A stretch of DNA of 64,000 bases from an uncultured Muribaculaceae bacterium (GCA_964628905.1 CAZVNS010000002.1:25767-89766), one strand, 5' to 3'. Shown: positions 30,309-40,001, counted from the first letter of the stretch. Notes: generated by a model from the sequence alone, not told the origin. A program made the numbers and translations.

Positions 30309-30956
30309 TTATTGAGGGGTGATTAGGTGGCGCAAGCCCATGAACAGACCGGCCAGGGCCATAAGCCCGAGCACGGTGCCGATGATGCGGTTGATGAGCC
30401 ATATCGAGCGCACGTTGAAGTGGGAGCGGACCTTGTTGACAAAGAAGGTGATCACCCACCACCATAGCAGCGCGCCACCGATTATGGCGGCATACCCGGC
30501 AACATAGTGGAAGTAGGTGAACTCAGGCAGCAGGAAGTTGAAGCGGGCGAAGAGACCTATGATGAAGAAGAGTATCAGTGGGTTGGAGAAGGTAAACAGA
30601 TAGCCGGTGATGAAGTCGCTTAGGAACGACGACGACTGCTCGTCGGGCGACTTGAGCGAGCGGGCCGGGTTTTTCTGGAACAGATACACTGCGAAACCTA
30701 TCAGCACCAAGCTGCCTAAGATCTGCAGCAGTATCTTGTTGTCGTTGATAAATCCCTCGATGAACGACAGGCCGAAGCCGGTGAGCAGGCAGTAGATCAG
30801 GTCGGAGAGTGCGGCGCCGACTCCGGTGGAGAAGCCCGCCATGCGCCCCTTGTTGAGGGTGCGCTGTATGCACAGCATCCCTATCGGGCCCATCGGGGCC
30901 GAGATGAGGATGCCTATCAAGGCTCCGCTGATTACTATGTCGAGGAATAGGTCCAT
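30309..30956 (-). CDS. LysE/RhtB family amino-acid exporter
   Basis: About 215 aa with six hydrophobic helices and the N-terminal motif PMGPIGMLCIQRTLNKGR. Confidence 0.8.
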   Translation of the reverse strand: MDLFLDIVISGALIGILISAPMGPIGMLCIQRTLNKGRMAGFSTGVGAALSDLIYCLLTGFGLSFIEGFINDNKILLQILGSLVLIGFAVYLFQKNPARSLKSPDEQSSSFLSDFITGYLFTFSNPLILFFIIGLFARFNFLLPEFTYFHYVAGYAAIIGGALLWWWVITFFVNKVRSHFNVRSIWLINRIIGTVLGLMALAGLFMGLRHLITPQ

Positions 30957-30976
30957 CGCCTTCTATTTGCAGCTTA

Positions 30977-30984
30977 CAAAGGTA
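30977..30984 (-). promoter_or_regulatory. candidate -7 promoter box TACCTTTG for the LysE-family gene
   Basis: Exact TAnnTTTG match on the minus strand, 20 nt upstream of ATG 30956. Confidence 0.45.
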
Positions 30985-31014
30985 ATCAATCTTTTGAAAT
31001 GCGATGCTTCTCCC

Positions 31015-31056
31015 GGAAAAAAAGTGCGGGCGCGGCCTTCAGTGGCTGCGCCCGCA
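31015..31056 (-). terminator. intrinsic terminator of the T9SS-cargo gene
   Basis: TGCGGGCGCAGCC/GGCCGCGCCCGCA hairpin with one mismatch (31025-31056), followed on the minus strand by a T run of about 7-8. Confidence 0.8.
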
Positions 31057-31065
31057 GTGATGGGG

Positions 31066-31115
31066 ATTTCGATTTCTCTCGATTTAAGTCGATTTAATTC
31101 GATTTAGGTCGAGGG
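31066..31115. repeat. phased 10-bp TCGA array (5 units) abutting a stop codon
   Basis: TCGA starts at 31069, 31079, 31089, 31099 and 31109, exactly 10 bp apart. Units are TCGATTTCTC, TCGATTTAAG, TCGATTTAAT, TCGATTTAGG and TCGAGGGTTA. The array ends at the stop codon (31116) and precedes the terminator hairpin. Confidence 0.85.
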
Positions 31116-33056
31116 TTAGAGGATGACTTTCTCTACCTTGTTGCCCTGGCGGCGGATCAGGAGCTGACCGGCTGCGGGGTTGTCGACGCGTACGCCCTGA
31201 AGGTTGTAGTACTCTACGGGTGCCTCGGCGTCGAGGTCAGCGTTGATGGTGTTCACGCCGTCGGTGTTGACTACGAAGATGTTGCCGTTGTTCTCGGGGT
31301 TTACGTACCAGTCACCGTAGCTGATGCCTGAGTTGCTTACGTTCATGCCGCGGATGCTGAAGTTGTAGCTGTAGCCGTCACGGTCGAAGTTGGGGCAGGG
31401 CACTGTGGGGAAGTTGTTGCCGGTGGTCTGGCGCTCAGCGTCGAGGTATGAGAACTTGCTGCCGGCGGGGATGTTGTTGAGGGTCACCTCGATGTTCTTG
31501 TAGTAGATGATCACGGGCCAGTCGGTGACGGTGCCTTCAGCAGCCTCAATGATTGCGGTCACATACTCCTCGTCCATGGTGGTTGCCACGGCGAAGTAGA
31601 TGTGCTTCAGGTCGTAGGTGTTGGCGTTGATGGCGTCGGTGGTGGCTGTGGTCTCCTGCCAGCCGTCCCACTGGAGTACGTCGCCGTTAAGCAGAGCCTC
31701 GTCGATGATCTCATACTTCTTGGTGCTCTTGTTGTAGCCTACTACCATGATGTCCATGGCTGCGCCGTCGGTGGCGTAGTGGTTGAGGAAGAGGGTGGCT
31801 ACGCCGCCGGTTGCGGTGAGGTCGTAGTCGCTGGTCTCAAAGCCGGCCCAGGGGCATACAGAGTTGGCGCCAACTACTGACAGGTCGAAGTAGAAGCCGA
31901 GGGCGCCGTCGATCAGCACGGGCCAGTGGGCGAGACCGCCGGGGATGGCGTCGAGCACTACGTCGGGAGCGGCTGCGCCTACATAGGGGTTAGCCACGTT
32001 GCTGGTACCGGCGTTAACGCCTGAGAAGTCCATGTTGAGGAGGTCGAGCGACGAGATCTTGCGGGTAGCGTTGACGTCAACAAAGCTGTAAAGCTCGGTG
32101 TGGGTTGAGTTGGCGGCTTTGGTGAAGTTGACCGAGTAGGTCTTGTGGTCGCTGGCCAGGTTGTAGGTCACGTTGGTGGGCACGCCTACCTCAACATCGG
32201 GATCGGGGGTGGGGTCGGGGGTAGGGGTGGTGCCGGAGTAGCGCTTGCCGCTGACGAAGAGGCCGCAGAATGCCAGACTGGTATCGGCTGAACCGTTGGA
32301 GTTCATGAACAGCAGTGAGATCTTGGTGCTGATCACCTGCTGGGTCTGGGTGTCCTTGAAGGCGTTGGAGCTGGACTGGAACCAGTAGATGTTGCCGTCA
32401 TAGGGGATGCTGCATACATCGGAGTTCATCAGGAATGCGGTGCCGTTGTCGCCCTCGATGTAGTTGATCATCAAGCCGGCGTTGTTCTCGAGTGCGCCCA
32501 CCCAGCAACCAATCTGCTGAGCTGAGCCTGAGTCGATGTCGATCACGCGGAATTCGGCAGAGCCAATCAGTGCGCCGAGGCCGTCGCCCAGCGAGTATAC
32601 GCCCCAGCCGTAGAGGTTGTCGGACGATGAGCTCTTACAGCTGATATTACCGCCAGAGTTGCTCACTGCCACGGGGTTTGACTGCGAACCGCTTGTGAAG
32701 CCGGCCATGGTCTCATTGAGCACGTTGTTGGTGTATGTCCATGAGCTGTGGGGGGCGTCGCGGTGCTGTGTGCCTTCGCCGAATGTAGCGCGCTCAAGGT
32801 CGGCCATCGTCACCTTGCCTGACTGGAAGTCGGCGATTTTGATGCCGGTGTTGACGAGCTGCACTTCGTTGAACTGAGGAGCGTTGGCTGCAGCCTTGCG
32901 GATTTGGTGCTTGCTTACTGAAGTTGCGGTCTCAACGTTGTTGAGGTCAAGATACTTAGCGCCCTGGCGCGATGAGCGGGTGCTGCTCACTGTGATAGCC
33001 GACATGGCGGGCACTGCCAGCGCGGCGGCTAAAGCTAATGTGTAGACTTTGCGCAT
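31116..33056 (-). CDS. secreted protein of unknown function with a T9SS C-terminal sorting domain
   Basis: Signal peptide MRKVYTLALAAALAVPAMSA from ATG 33056, a TPTPDPTPDPD linker, and a C-terminus VEYYNLQGVRVDNPAAGQLLIRRQGNKVEKVIL typical of type A T9SS sorting domains. Confidence 0.7.
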   Translation of the reverse strand: MRKVYTLALAAALAVPAMSAITVSSTRSSRQGAKYLDLNNVETATSVSKHQIRKAAANAPQFNEVQLVNTGIKIADFQSGKVTMADLERATFGEGTQHRDAPHSSWTYTNNVLNETMAGFTSGSQSNPVAVSNSGGNISCKSSSSDNLYGWGVYSLGDGLGALIGSAEFRVIDIDSGSAQQIGCWVGALENNAGLMINYIEGDNGTAFLMNSDVCSIPYDGNIYWFQSSSNAFKDTQTQQVISTKISLLFMNSNGSADTSLAFCGLFVSGKRYSGTTPTPDPTPDPDVEVGVPTNVTYNLASDHKTYSVNFTKAANSTHTELYSFVDVNATRKISSLDLLNMDFSGVNAGTSNVANPYVGAAAPDVVLDAIPGGLAHWPVLIDGALGFYFDLSVVGANSVCPWAGFETSDYDLTATGGVATLFLNHYATDGAAMDIMVVGYNKSTKKYEIIDEALLNGDVLQWDGWQETTATTDAINANTYDLKHIYFAVATTMDEEYVTAIIEAAEGTVTDWPVIIYYKNIEVTLNNIPAGSKFSYLDAERQTTGNNFPTVPCPNFDRDGYSYNFSIRGMNVSNSGISYGDWYVNPENNGNIFVVNTDGVNTINADLDAEAPVEYYNLQGVRVDNPAAGQLLIRRQGNKVEKVIL

Positions 33057-33287
33057 AATGTAAGTATTATGTGTGTGAATATTTGTTTTTGTCAATAACG
33101 GTAAACGCAAAGTAAACGATTGTAATAGGAGTGACAAAATGAATTAACTAAAATAATATGTTAAAATCAGTTAAATATCTCTTTTTTGCCACATTTTTAG
33201 TGGAATAAATATCATTTTGCCAAATATTATACAACTTTCTGCACAATTGATGAATTTTTGTGATGAATTCCTAACCAACCCAGTCTC

Positions 33288-33377
33288 GTCCGACAAGTCC
33301 GACAGGTCTGACAGATCCGACAGATCCGGTAGTTTAGAAAAGCCGGACAGGTCAGAATGCTCTGACGAGTCCGACTT
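33288..33377. repeat. phased 9-bp GTCCGACAG-type array (10 units)
   Basis: Units GTCCGACAA, GTCCGACAG, GTCTGACAG, ATCCGACAG, ATCCGGTAG, TTTAGAAAA, GCCGGACAG, GTCAGAATG, CTCTGACGA and GTCCGACTT in unbroken 9-bp register. The array begins 20 nt after the rbr stop. Confidence 0.8.
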
Positions 33378-33396
33378 CTATGGTGGTTGTTGGTGA

Positions 33397-33972
33397 TTAG
33401 AGGTTGTTCATCTTACGCTCAAACCAGCCCTGGTCCATGCCGCATACGGGGCAGCGCTTGGGCGCGGTCTTGCCGGTGAACACGTAGCCACACTTGCGGC
33501 ACTGCCACTGGATGGCCTCGTCGGTTGAGAATTCGGTGCCGGTCTCCAGGCGCTCGATCAGTTTGGTGTAGCGGGCTTCGTGCTCCACCTCGACGGATGC
33601 CACGAGCTTGAAGAGATTGGCGATTTCGGGGAAGCCTTCCTCCTTGGCGGTCTCGGCGAAGTTGGCGTACAGGTCGCTCCACTCCTCGCGCTCGCCGGCG
33701 GCTGCTTCCCTAAGGTTGGTCAGGGTGTCGCCCACCACGCCTGCGGGGTAGCCGGCCTTGATTTCGACCATACCGCCTTCGAGGCGGCTGAAGAACTGTT
33801 TGGCGTGAACCAGCTCCTGCTCGGCGGTGATCATGAATATCTGTGCTATCTGCTCATATCCTTCCTCACGCGCTTTCTCGGCGAAGAGGGTGTAGCGGCT
33901 GCGTGCCTGACTTTCACCGGCGAACGATGCCAACAGGTTGTGTTCAGTTTGGGTGCCTTTAATGCTTTTCAT
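33397..33972 (-). CDS. rbr: rubrerythrin
   Basis: Ferritin-like diiron domain (NLLASFAGESQARSRY, EQELVHAKQF, EVEHEARY) plus a C-terminal rubredoxin CRKCGY...CPVCG. Confidence 0.9.
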   Translation of the reverse strand: MKSIKGTQTEHNLLASFAGESQARSRYTLFAEKAREEGYEQIAQIFMITAEQELVHAKQFFSRLEGGMVEIKAGYPAGVVGDTLTNLREAAAGEREEWSDLYANFAETAKEEGFPEIANLFKLVASVEVEHEARYTKLIERLETGTEFSTDEAIQWQCRKCGYVFTGKTAPKRCPVCGMDQGWFERKMNNL

Positions 33973-34109
33973 CTTGTAATTGAATTATGGGTTAATGTGT
34001 AAGGTTTATATTTTGCATAACAAATATATGTGGGAGATGGTTCACGGCTGTGGTTAAGAATTTTTAAGTTAATGAACCGCCAGGGCTGAATTTTCGTTAT
34101 ATTCGCGGT

Positions 34110-35504
34110 ATGACCGACAAAGCAAAGAAGAAGGAGAAGAAGGCATCGAAGCTCATCGAGCACGGCAAGCGCTTGATCAATAAGGGTATATCGATGTATC
34201 AATATGTCACAGTAGGAGTGTGGAGCGACACCCGTTCCAACTGGCGCATCGACACGGTGCGCACCCTGTCGATGTCGGTCAAGTCGTTTATGGACCGCGA
34301 CCTGCAGCTGCGGGCGGCGGCACTGACCTATAAGACGGTGCTGGCGATAGTTCCGGCTCTTGCGGTGCTGTTCGCCATCGGGCGTGGCTTCGGCTTGCAG
34401 GATGTGCTGATGGATGAGCTGCACAAGACCTTCTCCGGCCAGCAGAGCGCCCTCGACGCGGTGCTCACCTATGTCGACAACTATCTTAAGCAGTCGTCGG
34501 GTGGTGGCGTGTTCGTGGGCATCGGAGTGGTGTTCCTGTTGTGGACCATCATATCGCTGTTGGGCAACGTCGAGGGGTCGTTCAACTCCATCTGGGGGGT
34601 GAAGCAAGGGCGCTCGTTCGCCCGCAAAATCACCGACTACACGGCTATCATACTGATACTTCCGATACTGCTGATATGTTCCAACGGGTTGACGATATTC
34701 ATGTCGTCGGCCATGCAGAGGCTGCTGCCGTTCCACTTTCTAACGCCGGCGATATCATGGATACTCGACGGTGCGTCGCTGGTGCTCACATGGCTCTTCT
34801 TCGCAGGCACTTATCTGCTGATACCCAACACCAAGGTGAGGTTTGTCAATGCGCTGCTCGCCGGGTGTGTGGCCGGCACCGCTTTCATGGTACTGCAATG
34901 GGTGTTTGTCAGCGGCCAGATGTATGTGGCCAAGTACAATGCTATATATGGGTCGGTGGCGTTCCTGCCGTTGTTCCTGATATGGGCGCAGTTGGCGTGG
35001 GTTGTTACCCTGTCGGGGGCAGTGATATGCTACTCGTCGCAAAATATTTTCCAGTTCAGCTTCAACGCCCAGATCCAGCGTATGTCGCTCAACTACCGGC
35101 GGCAGATTGCGATGGCAGTGATGACCGTTGTGGTTCAGCGGTTTATCGCAGGTGAGAAGCCGTTCACAGAGCATGATTTTGCCGTAAACTACCGCATTCC
35201 GGCTCGATTGATTTCTGAAATCACTAACCGCATGGTGGAGGTGGGGCTGCTCAGTCGTGTGGTGCTCGACGAGAAGGGCACGGAGTTAGGGCTGCAGAGC
35301 GCCATCCCGCCCAACGAGGTGACTATGGCCACAGTGCTCGACCGACTCAATGCCGACGGCAACCGCGACTTTGTGCCCGGTTTCCGCAAAAGTTTCGGCA
35401 ACATCATCACCACCATGGACAAACTCACTGAGTCAACCCTCCACAATGCTTCATCAATAAAACTCGCTGACATACAAATCGAAAACCCCGAATTTAAAGA
35501 ATAA
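34110..35504 (+). CDS. YihY/BrkB family membrane protein with a C-terminal cytoplasmic extension
   Basis: [26 protein letters not shown] and six TM helices, plus a roughly 130-aa soluble C-terminal region. Confidence 0.8.
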   Translation: MTDKAKKKEKKASKLIEHGKRLINKGISMYQYVTVGVWSDTRSNWRIDTVRTLSMSVKSFMDRDLQLRAAALTYKTVLAIVPALAVLFAIGRGFGLQDVLMDELHKTFSGQQSALDAVLTYVDNYLKQSSGGGVFVGIGVVFLLWTIISLLGNVEGSFNSIWGVKQGRSFARKITDYTAIILILPILLICSNGLTIFMSSAMQRLLPFHFLTPAISWILDGASLVLTWLFFAGTYLLIPNTKVRFVNALLAGCVAGTAFMVLQWVFVSGQMYVAKYNAIYGSVAFLPLFLIWAQLAWVVTLSGAVICYSSQNIFQFSFNAQIQRMSLNYRRQIAMAVMTVVVQRFIAGEKPFTEHDFAVNYRIPARLISEITNRMVEVGLLSRVVLDEKGTELGLQSAIPPNEVTMATVLDRLNADGNRDFVPGFRKSFGNIITTMDKLTESTLHNASSIKLADIQIENPEFKE

Positions 35505-35523
35505 TAACCAAATTTCACACATT

Positions 35524-35898
35524 ATGAAAACTCCTATCGCTACTACCAACGCTCCCGGCGCAATCGGCCCCTACAGCCAGGCTATCGATGCTGGTCCATT
35601 TGTATTCATCTCCGGCCAAATCCCCGTTGATCCCGCTACCGGCGCTGTCGCCGAGGGTATCAAGGCTCAGACAGCCCAGTCAATCGCCAACATCAAGGCT
35701 ATCCTCGCCGCTGCCGGGTTGACCATAGACAATGTGGTGAAAACCACCGTATTCCTTGCCGACATGGCTATGTTTGGCGACATGAACGAGGTGTATGCCG
35801 AGAATTTCACATCTCCCTTCCCCGCACGTTCAGCCGTAGCCGTGCGCGAGCTTCCCAAGCAGGTGCTCGTCGAGATTGAGGTCATAGCTGCAAAGTAA
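35524..35898 (+). CDS. ridA: RidA family enamine/imine deaminase
   Basis: [22 protein letters not shown]...[21 protein letters not shown], 124 aa. Confidence 0.9.
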   Translation: MKTPIATTNAPGAIGPYSQAIDAGPFVFISGQIPVDPATGAVAEGIKAQTAQSIANIKAILAAAGLTIDNVVKTTVFLADMAMFGDMNEVYAENFTSPFPARSAVAVRELPKQVLVEIEVIAAK

Positions 35899-35900
35899 TC

Positions 35901-37181
35901 TCAGGCAAGCGCCTCGCCAACAACGTATGTGCTGCCGCCGACGAACACCACCTCGTCGGTGGCAGCATCGTTTCTGGCCGAGCGTAAGGCGTCGGCCACA
36001 GAGCTGTAGGCGCGTCCTTTAAGACCATGAGCTGCTGCTTTTTCGGCCAGGTCGACTGCGCTCATGGCGCGGGGTGTCCCGGCCTGGGTGAAGTAGTAAG
36101 TGGCCTCGGCGGGCATCAAGGCTAAAATCGCATCGACATCCTTGTCGGCCATAAAACCGATCACCATGCGCACCTTGGAGCCGTAAGTGGCGAGGCGCGG
36201 GCCGAGGTATTCCCAGCCTCCGATGTTATGGCCGGTGTCGGCGATGGTGGTGGGATTGGATGCAATCGTGGTCCATCGTCCCAGCAGTCCTGTGAGTTGA
36301 TTGACTTGGACAAACCCCTGAGCTACAGCTTTTGGAGTGATACGCCAACCTTGGCGGGAGAGTACGTCGAGCGAGGCCATCACCGTGGCGGCATTACGGG
36401 GCTGGTAGTCGCCAACGAGGGGGCAAGAGATGTCGCCCCAGAGGGTGTTGCGGTAGGTGATGAGGTGCGCTGAACGGTCGGCTGAGGTGAACCACAATGT
36501 ATCCTGTGCGAAATAGATCGGCGACTCGTTGGTACGTGCCACGTCGGTGAACAGTGTGCGCACCTGACCCTCGGCCTCACCGATCACCACCGGCACCTTG
36601 GGCTTGATGATGCCGGCCTTCTCGGCAGCAATCTGTGGAAGGGTGTTGCCCAAAAATTGTGTGTGATCCTTTGATATATTGGTGATTACCGACAGCTGCG
36701 GATGTAGTATGTTGGTGGAATCGAGACGTCCACCCATCCCTACCTCTACCACGGCCACATCAACGCCCTCGCGGGCGAAGTGCTCGAAGGCCATCACCAT
36801 CGTGAGCTCGAAGAACGATGGCTCCAGGTCGGGAACTTCCTCCCGCATCCGTTGCCAGCGCTCCACGAAGTCGATTACGTTCTCCTCCGAAATCATCGTG
36901 CCGTTGATGCGGATACGCTCGCGGAAGTCCACCAGGTGTGGCGACGTATAGAGACCCACCTTGTACCCGGCTGACTGTAGCACGGCGGCAATCAGCGACG
37001 ATGTCGACCCCTTGCCGTTGGTGCCAGCCACATGGATCGACTTAAACTTCTGGTGCGGGTCGCCCAACAATTGCTCAAAGCGCAGCACTCGGCTCAGCCC
37101 GGGCTTGTAGGCTGCGGCGCCAATGCGTTGGAATTGGGGGAATTGGGAGTAGAGGTAGTCGAGGGTTTGCTGGTAGGTCAT
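35901..37181 (-). CDS. folC: bifunctional folylpolyglutamate synthase / dihydrofolate synthase
   Basis: HVAGTNGKGSTSS P-loop and Mur-ligase fold motifs (EVGMGGRLDSTN), 426 aa. Confidence 0.9.
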   Translation of the reverse strand: MTYQQTLDYLYSQFPQFQRIGAAAYKPGLSRVLRFEQLLGDPHQKFKSIHVAGTNGKGSTSSLIAAVLQSAGYKVGLYTSPHLVDFRERIRINGTMISEENVIDFVERWQRMREEVPDLEPSFFELTMVMAFEHFAREGVDVAVVEVGMGGRLDSTNILHPQLSVITNISKDHTQFLGNTLPQIAAEKAGIIKPKVPVVIGEAEGQVRTLFTDVARTNESPIYFAQDTLWFTSADRSAHLITYRNTLWGDISCPLVGDYQPRNAATVMASLDVLSRQGWRITPKAVAQGFVQVNQLTGLLGRWTTIASNPTTIADTGHNIGGWEYLGPRLATYGSKVRMVIGFMADKDVDAILALMPAEATYYFTQAGTPRAMSAVDLAEKAAAHGLKGRAYSSVADALRSARNDAATDEVVFVGGSTYVVGEALA

Positions 37182-37182
37182 G

Positions 37183-37755
37183 TCAGTAGATGATGAGTCC
37201 GGCCACTCCGGCGAGGACTATAATGAGTATGGGATGAATTTTTGTGAAATAAACTGTGCAGAAGGCCGCTACGCAGAGTATTATGCTCCATACGAGCTGG
37301 TAGGTGTCAGTGCCGAAGTTGGCTGAATTCATCAGCAGTAATGCCGCTGAAGCGATAAGTCCCACCACCACCGGACGCAGTCCGGCAAAGACGCCTTTGA
37401 TCACCGTGCTGTCCTTGTGGCGTGCTATCAGATGACTTGTGTAAGCCACTAACAGGAAGGATGGTAGCACCACCACAACTGTGCATATCACCGAGCCTAA
37501 CAGTCCCCAGAGGGGCGACGAGAGCGATGGGTTGGCTACATGCGGGGCCACGTAGCCAATGTAGGTGGCTGAGTTGATACCAATGGGTCCGGGGGTCATC
37601 TGTGAGATAGCCACGATGTCAGTGAACATCTGCTCTGAGATGTACCCCGGGGTCACGATCTCGCGCTCGATCAGCGCCAGCATAGCATAGCCTCCGCCAA
37701 AGCCGAAGAGGCCTATTTTCAGGTAACTCCAAATCAGTTTGAGATAGATCATCAT
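37183..37755 (-). CDS. chrA: chromate transporter (CHR family, short form), second of a pair
   Basis: GLFGFGGGYAMLALIERE.. signature, about 190 aa, with a 4-nt overlap with the upstream paralogue. Confidence 0.8.
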   Translation of the reverse strand: MMIYLKLIWSYLKIGLFGFGGGYAMLALIEREIVTPGYISEQMFTDIVAISQMTPGPIGINSATYIGYVAPHVANPSLSSPLWGLLGSVICTVVVVLPSFLLVAYTSHLIARHKDSTVIKGVFAGLRPVVVGLIASAALLLMNSANFGTDTYQLVWSIILCVAAFCTVYFTKIHPILIIVLAGVAGLIIY

Positions 37756-38327
37756 GCTGCCTCACCCCCTTTCTTGTGCTTGTAGAGGTTGCGGCGGGTG
37801 TACCACAGGTAACCACCAGCTCCACCTAAGACTATAAACAGTATTGGGTTGGAAATCAACGGCCAACCGCTCCATATCAGCAGGGCGGTGACGGCAGGGA
37901 TCCATATCGTGCGCCAATTGATGCCGGCGGCGCGGGCTGTGGTGATCACCGGGGCGATGATTAGTGCCACCACTGCCGGGCGTATCCCCATGAATATGCG
38001 GTTGACGTAGGGGTTGCCCTTGATGATGTCGGGGGTTAGGAAGATGGCGATGGTCAGTATGATGGCAAACGACGGCAGTATCGTGCCAATTGCCGCCGCC
38101 AGGCTGCCGCGGATGCCGCGGAGCTTGTCGCCTACGGCCACCGAGATGTTTACAGCCAATATGCCCGGAAGCGACTGAGCTACAGCCAACAGGTCGAGAA
38201 ATTCATCCTTGCGCAGCCATTGGTGCTTGTCGACAATCTCGCGCTCGATTATCGAAATCATGGCCCATCCACCGCCAAAGGTGAAGGCCCCGATCCTCAT
38301 GAATGTTAGAAATAACTTGAAAAGCAA
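37752..38327 (-). CDS. chrA: chromate transporter (CHR family, short form), first of a pair
   Basis: GAFTFGGGWAMISIIEREIV.. signature, about 190 aa. Confidence 0.8.
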   Translation of the reverse strand: MLFKLFLTFMRIGAFTFGGGWAMISIIEREIVDKHQWLRKDEFLDLLAVAQSLPGILAVNISVAVGDKLRGIRGSLAAAIGTILPSFAIILTIAIFLTPDIIKGNPYVNRIFMGIRPAVVALIIAPVITTARAAGINWRTIWIPAVTALLIWSGWPLISNPILFIVLGGAGGYLWYTRRNLYKHKKGGEAA

Positions 38328-38476
38328 CGTGTTATGAATCTTGACGTTTATTCTGCGACCCCCTATGCCATAAGAATTTTATGAGAGGGGGCCCAAATAA
38401 CAAATTGTGGTGCAAAAATACAGAATTTTTGAGGTGTGAAGAAATTTTTGTATTTTTACACATTATTATACGTGAT

Positions 38477-38881
38477 ATGGACAAATATGTTTTCCAACTG
38501 CCGATAAAAGTGCGCGACTATGAGCTCGACACGCAGGGTATCGTCAACAATGCCAACTACATACACTATCTCGAACATACACGCCACGAGTTCTGCGAAT
38601 ATGCGGGTCTGACGTGGGACGAGATGAACCGCCGCGGCTGGATGCCCGTGGTGCGCCGCAACGACGTCATATATATGCACTCGCTGCGCTCAGGCGACAC
38701 AGCCGTGTCAAAGCTCTGGATGGAGCGTCGGGGCCCGCGCTTCATATTCCATCAAGATATCTTCAATCAGCATGGCGTGCAGGCCGTAAAGGCTGAGGTC
38801 ACAGTGGTGTCGGTGGTCGACGGCCAGCCCTCGCGAGGCGACGCTATGGCCGAAGCTTTTGCTGAATTTATCAATAAATGA
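38477..38881 (+). CDS. acyl-CoA thioesterase (4HBT/YbgC hotdog fold)
   Basis: VRDYELDTQGIVNNANYIHYLEHTRHEF pattern, about 134 aa from ATG 38477. Confidence 0.75.
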   Translation: MDKYVFQLPIKVRDYELDTQGIVNNANYIHYLEHTRHEFCEYAGLTWDEMNRRGWMPVVRRNDVIYMHSLRSGDTAVSKLWMERRGPRFIFHQDIFNQHGVQAVKAEVTVVSVVDGQPSRGDAMAEAFAEFINK

Positions 38882-38888
38882 GTCAATT

Positions 38889-40001
38889 ATGGCTGATGAA
38901 CGGGAGTTGATAGAGCAATTGGCACTGACATTCCTCACCGGAATGGATGTGGCTGATACACGTCGGTTGATTGAGCTTATTGGTTCGATCGACCGCATGA
39001 TGACGCTCCCGATCGATGAAATCGTGCAACTCATCGGCCCGTCGGGCCGTAAGTTTACCGAGGTCGCTCGCTCTCAAGCGCTTGCACGGGCTGAGAAGGA
39101 GATGCGGTTTATCGACGAACATAAAATCCGCCCGCTATACTACACCGACGACGCATATCCCAAACGTCTGCTCGAAGCCTCCGGCGCTCCCACAATGCTC
39201 TATGTGTTGGGTAGTTGCGATCTCAATGCGGCGAAGGTAATCTCAGTGGTGGGCACACGCCACGCCACTGCTTCCGGTGTCAGGTGGGTCGACAATATGA
39301 TAGCCGACCTGGCCTCCAACGTCGACGGCGCGATCGTGGTCAGCGGCTTGGCCTACGGTATCGACGTGGCCGCCCACCGCGCTTCATTGCAGCACGGGAT
39401 CCCCACGGCGGCGGTGCTCGCCCACGGACTCTCATCACTCTACCCGGCGCAACATCGCGACACGGCAGCGAAGATGGTGTATGAGGGTGGGGCGTTGGTC
39501 ACCGACTATCCTTCCGAAACCGTGATATACCGTGGCAACTTCCTGGCCCGCAATCGCATAGTGGCGGGATTGTGCGACTGCCTTATCGTAGTGGAGTCGG
39601 CACAGAAGGGTGGTGCCATGGTCACCGCTCGACTTGCTTTTGAGAACAACCGCGAAGTGATGGCCGTGCCCGGACGTCCGTCCGACACCTACAGTGCCGG
39701 GTGCAACTCGCTGATAGCTATGCAAAGAGCACAACTTGTGATTAATGCCGACGATATCCTCAAAGTGATGAACTGGTCGAATACAACCGATGAGGGCGCT
39801 CAAGGCACTCTGCCGCTGATACTTGACCCTGTGCAGCAACGCATCGTCGACTATATCACCTACAGCAGCGAGGCCACATCGCTCGACCGTATCTCCGCGG
39901 ACCTCGACATCCCCATCGCCCAACTGCTGCCAATCCTGGTTGACCTCGACTTCAACGGCGTGCTACTCGCCCTCCCCGGCAACCGTTATCGCTTGGTCTG
40001 A
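38889..40001 (+). CDS. dprA: DNA-processing protein DprA
   Basis: Rossmann-like DprA domain (VSVVGTRHATASG, SGLAYGIDVAAHRASL, GAMVTARLAFENNREVMAVPG) and a C-terminal wHTH-like tail. Confidence 0.85.
   Translation: MADERELIEQLALTFLTGMDVADTRRLIELIGSIDRMMTLPIDEIVQLIGPSGRKFTEVARSQALARAEKEMRFIDEHKIRPLYYTDDAYPKRLLEASGAPTMLYVLGSCDLNAAKVISVVGTRHATASGVRWVDNMIADLASNVDGAIVVSGLAYGIDVAAHRASLQHGIPTAAVLAHGLSSLYPAQHRDTAAKMVYEGGALVTDYPSETVIYRGNFLARNRIVAGLCDCLIVVESAQKGGAMVTARLAFENNREVMAVPGRPSDTYSAGCNSLIAMQRAQLVINADDILKVMNWSNTTDEGAQGTLPLILDPVQQRIVDYITYSSEATSLDRISADLDIPIAQLLPILVDLDFNGVLLALPGNRYRLV

Noticed and set aside
37183-38327. Two adjacent half-size chromate transporter genes as a possible disrupted gene.
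   Set aside because: Both are complete ORFs of about 190 aa, each with the CHR signature, and they overlap by 4 nt. This is the known paired short-chain CHR arrangement, not a frameshift.
27517-40001. comEC and dprA, plus radA at 58203 and recR at 63454, as a possible natural-transformation module.
   Set aside because: The genes are dispersed among unrelated housekeeping genes and are near-universally conserved. No pilus or ComEA-type uptake genes are seen.
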